Source of the DNA: an uncultured Bacteroidia bacterium
Lineage (GTDB): Bacteria; Bacteroidota; Bacteroidia; Bacteroidales; F082
Assembly (NCBI GenBank): GCA_902770835.1
Contig: CACXUM010000017.1
Span: 9,055-73,054 of the forward strand
Direction of reading: 5' to 3'
Length of the DNA: 64,000 nt
Positions 17,903 to 25,065 of the stretch are shown here, piece after piece; the first letter of the stretch is position 1, and every line of letters starts with the position of its first letter. Under the pieces are notes generated by a model, which was given only the letters and a program-made list of their open reading frames with translations, had not been told where the DNA came from and made no database searches. The position numbers were made by a program, and so were the translations under genes.

Positions 17903-18318
17903 AAAAGAAACGATTTAATCCCATCACCGACCGGAGCAGCGAAATCATCACTTTTCTGATGGCTTCGCCCGACATGCCCGACGATGCCGACCTGCGTTTC
18001 AAGATTGAACTTTCCATCGAGGAAGCCGTTGAAAATGTGGTGCGCTATGCCTATGAAGGCGGCATTGGTTGGCTTGAGGCGGGTACGCATTTGGATGATA
18101 AGTCATTGATACTTACCATCGAACTGCGCGATGCTGGCAAGCCTTTCAATCCACTCGAAGAAGCCGACCCCGACATCACGCTTTCGGCGAATGAGCGTCC
18201 CGTTGGCGGTCTCGGTATCTACCTCTGCAAACAGATGATGGACAGCATCACCTATCGCTATGAGGACGGTAACAATGTGCTCATAATGAAGAAATTAGTC
18301 AGCCCGGAAAGGGCGTAA
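17899..18318 (+). CDS. RsbW/SpoIIAB-like anti-sigma-type Ser kinase (HATPase_c_2)
   Basis: N-box EEAVENVVRYAY, G1 DAGKPFNP and G2 GGLGIYL. Its ATG overlaps the phosphatase stop (ATGA). Confidence 0.8.
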   Translation: MKKKRFNPITDRSSEIITFLMASPDMPDDADLRFKIELSIEEAVENVVRYAYEGGIGWLEAGTHLDDKSLILTIELRDAGKPFNPLEEADPDITLSANERPVGGLGIYLCKQMMDSITYRYEDGNNVLIMKKLVSPERA

Positions 18319-18366
18319 CACTACAACCCGACATTTCATGTCGGGGGCAAACAAGAAGTGAAGAAT

Positions 18367-18669
18367 ATGAACATTACCATAAACAAACAAGGTGGAAAAA
18401 CCCTCGTTGTGCTTGACGGGCGCATCGACAGTTCGAATTCCGACCGATTCCAAAAGGACATGGCACCGCTGATGGAAGGCGACAGCCCCGACATCGACAT
18501 CGACTGTGGGGGAATGACTTACACTTCGTCGCAGGGCCTGCGCATTTTCCTTTTGCTGCAAAAAAGTGTGATGGCACGCAAAGGCAAATTGGTGATGCGC
18601 AACATGAATTCCCATGTGAAAGAGGTCTTCGACATCACAGGTTTTTCAAATATCATCACCATCATCTGA
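18367..18669 (+). CDS. STAS-domain protein (RsbV/SpoIIAA-like antagonist)
   Basis: About 100 aa with a conserved phosphorylatable-Ser region (MTYTSSQGLRIF) and a C-terminal V.EVFDITGF. The start could also be GTG at 18358. Confidence 0.8.
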   Translation: MNITINKQGGKTLVVLDGRIDSSNSDRFQKDMAPLMEGDSPDIDIDCGGMTYTSSQGLRIFLLLQKSVMARKGKLVMRNMNSHVKEVFDITGFSNIITII

Positions 18670-18674
18670 ACGCC

Positions 18675-19754
18675 ATGAAACGCAACATGCACACGGAGTT
18701 GCTGCTTGATGCCTATCACGAGCAACTTCCTCTTTATGAGAAACTTAAATCCATCGTCGTTGAGCAGATTTACACTTGCTTGCATGAAAACCATATCCGT
18801 ATTGCCGGATTGGAATCCCGCATCAAGGAGGAGAAGAGTTTGGCGAACAAGTTGGAGTTGAAGGGCTATAAGTATCATTCAATCAATGATGTAACGGATA
18901 TTGTTGGCATTCGTGTCATCACATTTTTCAGTGATGAGGTGGACATTATTTCGGCTCTTGTGGAACAGATGTTCGACATTGATTGGGAAAACTCCGTCGA
19001 CAAGCGCAAGTCATTGGAAATCGACCGTTTCGGCTACATGTCGCTGCATTATATTTGCCGTTTGCCTGGGTCGATTTGCAAGGAGGCCGACATGCTGGAG
19101 CTGTGCCAAATCCGTTTTGAGTTGCAGATGCGGAGCGTGTTGCAACACATGTGGGCCAACATGTACCACGACATGGGCTACAAGAGTGATGTGGAAATTC
19201 CCGTTGAGTATCAGCGCAATATGAACCGATTGGCGGGCATGTTGGAGTTGGCCGACGAGCAGTTTAGCCGTATTCGCAGGGAGATTAACGATTACCGCCG
19301 CAATGTGCAGTCGCTTGTGGCGACAGGCAATTTCGACGAAGTTCCCTTAAACGGCGATACCTTCCGCAGTTATCTTGACTTGAAACCCTACCAGCGTTTG
19401 ATGGAGAAAATCGCGGCCATCAATCAGGCGGAGATTTACGAAGACAGCCTGATACCGTATTATAACGTGTTGTTGCACATGGGCATGAGGACCGTAGGCG
19501 ATATTGAGCGGTTGCGCAACAAATACAGTGACGGAGCCTATCAGTTGGCGCTCCTCCAATTGGCTGGCACGGGTCTCGACATTGTGGCCTATTCGGTGGC
19601 TCTGCAAAACATTTGCATCGTGGCCATCCTCAAACAGGGTTTCGGCGAGGCGGGATTGATACGCCTTTTCGCGGCCCTTTACGGCGAAAGTGCCTACAAT
19701 GCACAACGCGCCGAGCGTGTTTTTGAGCAAGCCCGAAAAATCAATTTAGTGTGA
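18675..19754 (+). CDS. RelA/SpoT-domain small alarmone synthetase with a ~150-aa C-terminal extension
   Basis: Synthetase motifs are RIKEEKSL, DIVGIRVI, GYMSLHY and ELQMRSVLQHMWANMYHDMGYK. Starts 5 nt after the STAS stop. Confidence 0.8.
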   Translation: MKRNMHTELLLDAYHEQLPLYEKLKSIVVEQIYTCLHENHIRIAGLESRIKEEKSLANKLELKGYKYHSINDVTDIVGIRVITFFSDEVDIISALVEQMFDIDWENSVDKRKSLEIDRFGYMSLHYICRLPGSICKEADMLELCQIRFELQMRSVLQHMWANMYHDMGYKSDVEIPVEYQRNMNRLAGMLELADEQFSRIRREINDYRRNVQSLVATGNFDEVPLNGDTFRSYLDLKPYQRLMEKIAAINQAEIYEDSLIPYYNVLLHMGMRTVGDIERLRNKYSDGAYQLALLQLAGTGLDIVAYSVALQNICIVAILKQGFGEAGLIRLFAALYGESAYNAQRAERVFEQARKINLV

Positions 19755-19759
19755 AAACC

Positions 19760-20323
19760 ATGAATAACCCATTGGAAACCAGTCTTTTCGATAAAGCGGT
19801 TAAGTTAGCCGTCGAAGCCCACAGCGGCACTGAGCGGCGTTGCAAAGGCTATCCCTATATCATCCATCCCATGGAGGCCGCCGCCATTGTGGCCACTATG
19901 ACCAACGATCAAGAAATGCTGGCCGCCGCCATTTTGCATGATGTGGTGGAAGATACCGACGTGACCCTTGAGCAAATCCGCGATGAGTTTGGCGACCGTG
20001 TGGCCACGCTCGTCCAACATGAAACCGCGCCCGACGACGAAAACCTGACTTGGCGCGAGAAGAAGTCGATACAAGTGGAACAACTGGCTGCCGCGCCCAT
20101 CGACAGCAAGATTGTTGCCCTCGGCGACAAGCTATCCAATATGCAAGGCATTGCCTTGGACTATCGTCAAGTTGGCGACGCGGTTTGGAGTCGCTTTCAT
20201 ACCCCAAACGGAAAGCCCGATGTGGAGTGGTATTACCGCTCACTCGCAAAGGCTCTGTCGGAGTTGTCGGAATTGGCTGCCTATCAGGGTTTTGTGAAGT
20301 TGTTGGGAGAAACTTTCGGATAG
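19760..20323 (+). CDS. HD-domain (p)ppGpp hydrolase-like protein (small alarmone hydrolase, Mesh1/SpoT-HD type)
   Basis: YPYIIHPMEAAAIV and AAILHDVVEDT motifs (HD_4-like). Lies 5 nt after the synthetase stop, or overlaps it by 4 nt if GTG 19751 is the start. Confidence 0.8.
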   Translation: MNNPLETSLFDKAVKLAVEAHSGTERRCKGYPYIIHPMEAAAIVATMTNDQEMLAAAILHDVVEDTDVTLEQIRDEFGDRVATLVQHETAPDDENLTWREKKSIQVEQLAAAPIDSKIVALGDKLSNMQGIALDYRQVGDAVWSRFHTPNGKPDVEWYYRSLAKALSELSELAAYQGFVKLLGETFG

Positions 20324-21568
20324 TCAATACATCAGATACTTCGCCCGAATTGCCTTGAAAGCCACAAGGTCGTTTTGCCACGAAGCGCGGATTTCGTCTG
20401 CGCTTTTTCCGTTTTCGATGTCGCGCTGCAATTGCTGGTTGCCTGAAAGTTTCACGAAGTAATTGTTGAAGAAATTCTTGTCTTTCAGTTGCTGGTAAGC
20501 CTCAATGAGCCATTCCAAATGCAACTGATTGGCATTGAGCGCATAATCGTGGGCAAATTCAACCAAGTTTTCACCACGGCAACGTTGTCCTTCAAGCAAT
20601 GGTTTTGAGGCTCCACTTGTGCTTTTTGGCGTGAAAGTGAAACTGCCGCGCATGTCAGGGTGACCATATATCTGGAAAGGCGTTTCCGTGCCGCGACCGA
20701 TGCTGACGATGGTGCCCTCGAAGAAACAAAGGGTGGGGTAGAGGTACACCGATTCCCAGTTGGGCAGGTTGGGCGAGGGGCGCACGGGCAACTCATAGAT
20801 GGCGTTGCGGTTGTATTTATTAATAGGTATCACGGTGAGGTCGCAGCGGATGCCGTTCTTCAGCCAGCTTTCGCCGTTCACCATTTTGGCATACTCGCCG
20901 ATGGTCATGCCATAGACGACGGGGACTTGGTGCATTCCCACAAACGATTGGTTTTCAGTCTTCAAAACAGGGCCATCCACATAAAAACCATTTGGGTTGG
21001 GGCGGTCGAGGACGATGACGGGAAGGTTGTTTTCGGCGGCGGCCTCCATGACGTAGGTCATCGTGGAAATGTAGGTGTAGAACCTCACGCCAACATCCTG
21101 CAAGTCGAAGAGAATCACATCGATGCCTTGAAGCATTTCGGGCGTGGGTTTCTTGTTTTTGCCGTAAAGCGACACGATAGGCAGGCCCGTTTTCTCGTCC
21201 TTGGCGCTATTCACTTTCGCGCCCGCATCAGCCGTGCCACGGAAGCCATGTTCGGGCGTGAAGATTTTCCGCACATCCACGCCCAAAGAAAGCAGCATGT
21301 CCACCAAATGCGTTTCTCCAACAATGCTCGTTTGGTTGCCAACCACACCAACTCGTTTTCCTCGCAGAAGTGGCAGGTAATCATCCATTTGCATAGCGGC
21401 GGAAACATAGTGTTCCTTGTCAATAAAAGCAAGTTGAGACGTTACCAAATTGGCTGGCTTTTGCGTTTTGATTCTGTTGTTTGGCTCATTGTCCATCTTG
21501 AAGATTTGGGCTTGGGCTGGCGCAAGGAAAGCGCATAGCAGCAGGGCGAAAAAGGATTGTCGTTTCAT
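20324..21568 (-). CDS. namZ: DUF1343 / NamZ-like exo-beta-N-acetylmuramidase
   Basis: Signal peptide followed by GKRVGVVGNQTS, TPEHGFRG, ILFDLQDVGVRFYTY and DRPNP motifs, typical of DUF1343. Confidence 0.8.
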   Translation of the reverse strand: MKRQSFFALLLCAFLAPAQAQIFKMDNEPNNRIKTQKPANLVTSQLAFIDKEHYVSAAMQMDDYLPLLRGKRVGVVGNQTSIVGETHLVDMLLSLGVDVRKIFTPEHGFRGTADAGAKVNSAKDEKTGLPIVSLYGKNKKPTPEMLQGIDVILFDLQDVGVRFYTYISTMTYVMEAAAENNLPVIVLDRPNPNGFYVDGPVLKTENQSFVGMHQVPVVYGMTIGEYAKMVNGESWLKNGIRCDLTVIPINKYNRNAIYELPVRPSPNLPNWESVYLYPTLCFFEGTIVSIGRGTETPFQIYGHPDMRGSFTFTPKSTSGASKPLLEGQRCRGENLVEFAHDYALNANQLHLEWLIEAYQQLKDKNFFNNYFVKLSGNQQLQRDIENGKSADEIRASWQNDLVAFKAIRAKYLMY

Positions 21569-21588
21569 TTCAGAAGTGTTTTGTTTTG

Positions 21589-21596
21589 CAAAAGTA
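21589..21596 (-). promoter_or_regulatory. -7 promoter box TACTTTTG (namZ-like gene)
   Basis: CAAAAGTA on the + strand, 21 nt upstream of the start at 21568. Confidence 0.5.
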
Positions 21597-21649
21597 TTGA
21601 AATTTATGCAAATTTAGTGCCTAAAGGTTTCGCCGAACCAATTTTTCCC

Positions 21650-21657
21650 TATTTTTG
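21650..21657 (+). promoter_or_regulatory. -7 promoter box TATTTTTG upstream of the structured RNA / long leader
   Basis: TAnnTTTG match about 40 nt upstream of the base of the rod-like hairpin. Confidence 0.45.
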
Positions 21658-21696
21658 CCCCGAATTGGCTCGCCAGTTCGGACTTTATGAACTTTA

Positions 21697-21874
21697 GAAG
21701 CGTTATGCTTCTTTGTACTTGAGAACCTGCGAAATTTTCAAGTAAAATGATAAAGGAAGTCGTATAACGGCTTCACGCTGTTTAGCGTGTAGCTGTTATT
21801 ACATTCTTTATTACGGGTTTTCGCAGGACCTTCAAGTACGATGTGATATAACACAGCGCACGCTTCTTTTGTTT
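21697..21874 (+). ncRNA. Candidate structured RNA (rod-like ~170-nt hairpin; 6S-like sRNA or 5' leader)
   Basis: Hand-paired stems: 21697-21703/21860-21866 (7 bp), 21715-21734/21819-21839 (18 bp with a 2x3 loop), and 21764-21779/21784-21799 (15 of 16 bp). A TTTTGTTT tract follows. Confidence 0.35.
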
Positions 21875-21954
21875 GGTGTTGACGGTGGGAGAATCTGCTA
21901 AATTGTTTGAAAATCAGTAACTAACAAGTTTAATAAACATCAAAAAACGGAAAA

Positions 21955-22290
21955 ATGGACAAAAAGAGAAAGAAGAAAAACCTCGCGTTTTCACTTCTGT
22001 TGGCAACAGGAATGCTGTTCCCTTCTCATCTGCCTGCACAGGAACAAAACGATAGGCCGGGAGGTCTGTTTGGTGAAACTACCCCGACTGTTTCCGACGG
22101 CCTGATGCGCAGAAACGAAGGCACTGCTGGAGGCTATTTCACAGGGCAGGGTTTCGGAGCCACAAGCGGCAACATCACAGGCCAAACTTTTGGCGCACCT
22201 TTGAGCAGCGGATTGCTCGTCATGCTCGCGGCAGGTGCAGGTTATGCAACAATTAAATCAAGGAAAAAACAAAACAGAAAGGAAAAATGA
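21955..22290 (+). CDS. Small Gly-rich secreted protein with a C-terminal TM helix and basic tail
   Basis: N-terminal signal peptide (..HLPAQEQ), a repeated TGQ(G/T)FGA motif, and the C-terminus SGLLVMLAAGAGYATIKSRKKQNRKEK. Its stop overlaps the next ATG (ATGA). Confidence 0.55.
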   Translation: MDKKRKKKNLAFSLLLATGMLFPSHLPAQEQNDRPGGLFGETTPTVSDGLMRRNEGTAGGYFTGQGFGATSGNITGQTFGAPLSSGLLVMLAAGAGYATIKSRKKQNRKEK

Positions 22291-23891
22291 ACATGAAAAA
22301 GATTAGTATTTTCGTAACGGTATTGGCGTTTTTGGTAGCCCTGACGCAATGCAAAAAGGAACAAGCAACTCCTGCCAATGATGGCAAAAACTTTGACATC
22401 ACCTTGGACATCAAGAGCGGTAACGGCACAAGAATGGATGTGAACACAAGCACGGGCGAAGTCACATACGAGACTGGCGACGTGATTTATGTGGCCAGTG
22501 GTGGAACATTCATTGGCACGCTGACACACAACGGTACAAACTTCGCTGGCACCATCACCAACCCAACCGTGGGCGAACCACTTGACTTCTATTTCTTGGG
22601 CAATGTGACCCCAGCCGAAACCCTCACGGCGGGCACAACGACAACTTGTTCCGTGGTCATCAGCGACCAAACGGAGCATTTGCCCGTGATTGAATATGCG
22701 CCGTCCAACGAAACCTATAATTCGGGTGTGACCACTTTCACCGCCCATCTGCTCAACAAGTGTGCCTTGGTGAAGTTCAATGTGACGACTTCATCGGAGG
22801 CTGCTACTTGCATTACTGGGATGAAAAACAAGGTGACGGTGAGTTTTGCCGACAATACTTTGACCCACAGCCAGGAAGGTAACGGCGTGATCACTTTGCC
22901 TGCTGGCAGTGGAGAAAAGTGGGCTATTTTATTGCCTCAAGAGGCTTTGGAGGGAGGTCTTGCCTATTCCGAAGATGGAGATTATACTGGCACACGCGGT
23001 GCTGTTCCTGCTGTTTATGAGAATGGATACTTTACAGTGGGCATCGAAGTGAATGTGACAACTGAAGTAAACCCTGGTGAAGTTCCTGTTGGTGCTATAT
23101 GTGGGAAGTTCACTATCAATTCCGATGGAGACCAAGTGTATTTCTCGCAGGGGAATTTGCAATACATTGGTAGTGCAACCATACCTTATTGGAAGTTTGC
23201 CGAGAACCAATGGGATTATTTCGGTGACGTTAGTGCTGGCCAAAATGTTGACCGCGATCTGTTTGGCTGGGGCACCAGTGGTTGGAACAATGGGAATATG
23301 TATTACCAGCCATACGATACCGAGAGTTTTTGGGATAGTGAAACAGGTTATGGTTACGGCCCCACCGACGGGACGAACTACAACTATGATTTGACAGGCG
23401 ACTACGCCAATGCCGACTGGGGCGTTTACAATGCCATCAGCAATGGCGGCAACACACCAAACCAATGGCGCACTTTGACCCAGCCCGAATGGGAGTATAT
23501 TATCTTCTCACGCAATACGCCTTCGGGTATTCGTTATGCCAAAGGTATCGTGAATGGAGTGAACGGTGTTATTCTGCTGCCAGATAATTGGAGTGCTTCA
23601 GTTTATGCTTTGAACTACACCAACAAGTACAGCGCACCTTTCAACACGAACGAAATCACATCAGAGAATTGGGCCTTGATGGAAAACAACGGTGCTGTCT
23701 TCTTGCCCGCTGCGGGCAGCCGCCAAGTGGGTGGTAACAGTGAAAGCCACGGATGCTATTGGTCAACCTCTTCCTTTTTCAGTGCATCTTTCTCGTACCG
23801 CGTGTTCTTCGATGATTCTGCCCTCGTCATGGACTGCATCGACCGCTTTGTAGGTCAAAGTGTGCGCCTCGTTGCCCCAGTCGAGAATTGA
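22287..23891 (+). CDS. Lipoprotein: fimbrillin-like N-terminal domain plus FISUMP/DUF1566-like C-terminal domain
   Basis: Lipobox ALTQC. The N-terminal half resembles fimbrillin-family beta domains. The C-terminal half has WGTSGW, NQWRTLTQPEWEYI, AVFLPAAGSR and GCYWSTS motifs. Confidence 0.6.
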   Translation: MNMKKISIFVTVLAFLVALTQCKKEQATPANDGKNFDITLDIKSGNGTRMDVNTSTGEVTYETGDVIYVASGGTFIGTLTHNGTNFAGTITNPTVGEPLDFYFLGNVTPAETLTAGTTTTCSVVISDQTEHLPVIEYAPSNETYNSGVTTFTAHLLNKCALVKFNVTTSSEAATCITGMKNKVTVSFADNTLTHSQEGNGVITLPAGSGEKWAILLPQEALEGGLAYSEDGDYTGTRGAVPAVYENGYFTVGIEVNVTTEVNPGEVPVGAICGKFTINSDGDQVYFSQGNLQYIGSATIPYWKFAENQWDYFGDVSAGQNVDRDLFGWGTSGWNNGNMYYQPYDTESFWDSETGYGYGPTDGTNYNYDLTGDYANADWGVYNAISNGGNTPNQWRTLTQPEWEYIIFSRNTPSGIRYAKGIVNGVNGVILLPDNWSASVYALNYTNKYSAPFNTNEITSENWALMENNGAVFLPAAGSRQVGGNSESHGCYWSTSSFFSASFSYRVFFDDSALVMDCIDRFVGQSVRLVAPVEN

Positions 23892-23975
23892 TTTCATGTG
23901 TCGACGGCTATATCTACAAAAGCCAATCTTGTCCGTCCTTCCGTTCCTTTGTGCGGGAGGACGGATTTGATTATG

Positions 23976-24265
23976 GCGGCTTGCCGTGGTACGACAGCCC
24001 TACAGCCTATCCGTTGTAGGGCTGTCGCATTGCGGCAGCCGCGTTTTGTGTACGTGCTTTTGATGGGTTTCGCCCCGCTGGGGCTTTGTTCGGAATTTGT
24101 TTTTTGTTTGGCAGGGGTGAAATGCAATGGAACCCCTGCCTACTATCCGCCGTCACTCCGTGACTTGGGCTGTGGCACGAAGGAACCCCAAAGGGGTGAC
24201 AGGATATTAGGCAGGCGGTGGAGCATGGCGGAACCCCTGCCGATGAAAACAACGCGAACCAACCC
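23976..24265. repeat. Highly structured ~290-bp repeat, copy 1
   Basis: Aligns by eye with 24333-24621 at about 90% identity or better over the first 265 bp. Contains a nested 66-nt hairpin and at least four shorter hairpins. Confidence 0.85.
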
Positions 24266-24332
24266 TGTTCTTCCGCATTTGCAATTCGGAAGCCGTGAGT
24301 ATCAGCATTTGCAATGCGGGAATGAATGATAT

Positions 24333-24621
24333 GCGGCTGCCGTGGTACGACAGCCCTACAGCCTATCCGTTGTAGGGCTGTCGCATTGCGGTAGCCGCAT
24401 TTTGTGTACGTGCTTTTGATGGGTTTCGCCCCGCTGGGGCTTTGTTCGGGAATTTGTGTTTTGTCGGCAGGGGTTCCATTGCATTTCATCCCTGCCTACT
24501 ATCCGCCGTCACTCCGTGACTTGGGTTTGGGCACGGAGGAACCCCAAAGGGGTGAGAGGATATTAGGCAGGCGGTGGAGCATGGCGGAACCCCTGCCGGA
24601 AAATGGCAAGAACCCAACCAT
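24333..24621. repeat. Highly structured ~290-bp repeat, copy 2
   Basis: Direct repeat of copy 1 with a period of 357 bp. The loop of the GGCAGGGG/CCCCTGCC hairpin is in the opposite orientation. Confidence 0.85.
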
Positions 24622-24651
24622 AAAAAATGTTGTGGTGTCGGTGATTTTGTT

Positions 24652-24659
24652 TATTTTTG
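24652..24659 (+). promoter_or_regulatory. -7 promoter box TATTTTTG (small orphan gene)
   Basis: TAnnTTTG match 26 nt upstream of the ATG at 24685. Confidence 0.5.
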
Positions 24660-24684
24660 CAGTCAGAAACCAACAGAAATATAA

Positions 24685-24978
24685 ATGTGTACACGTACAA
24701 TCCATATCAATGACAGTTTGATGGAGCAAGTCAGACCTATGTTCCCCAACGATGATGTTTTGCAGCGGTGGTTGGAGCAACAAATGGAGTCTATCTTGAT
24801 GAATTATTCGGCTCAACATAAGCCGAAACCTCCTTGTTCCTACACGGATGAGGAAATGTATGCCATCGTCAAGGAACGGTTGCAAAGTCTTGAAAAAGGA
24901 ACAGCCGAACTTGTTGATGGCGAAGAGGTCTTCTCACAAATTCGTAAACGCTATGGCTTTAAGGCATCAGTGGCATAG
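24685..24978 (+). CDS. Hypothetical 97-aa protein, antitoxin-like N-terminus
   Basis: Has its own promoter box. The N-terminus TRTIHINDSLMEQ resembles VapB-type antitoxin starts. No partner gene is adjacent. Confidence 0.5.
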   Translation: MCTRTIHINDSLMEQVRPMFPNDDVLQRWLEQQMESILMNYSAQHKPKPPCSYTDEEMYAIVKERLQSLEKGTAELVDGEEVFSQIRKRYGFKASVA

Positions 24979-25065
24979 CCAAGCCTAATTCTTGCATTCT
25001 GGAACAATCGGAATAATGATACGAATGCAACTGAAATGTTGTCGGAGAGATAAAGTGATCCTATC

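Noticed and set aside
20321-20326. Directly abutting convergent stop codons (HD hydrolase TAG, namZ-like TGA) with no terminator
   Set aside because: Noted as unusual packing, but there is no structure or repeat to interpret. It is probably just tight convergent gene ends.
23898-24489. ORFs of 143, 160, 105 and 77 aa across the structured repeats
   Set aside because: They run through duplicated hairpin-rich DNA on both strands and have no start context or protein-like composition. The repeat structure explains the open frames.
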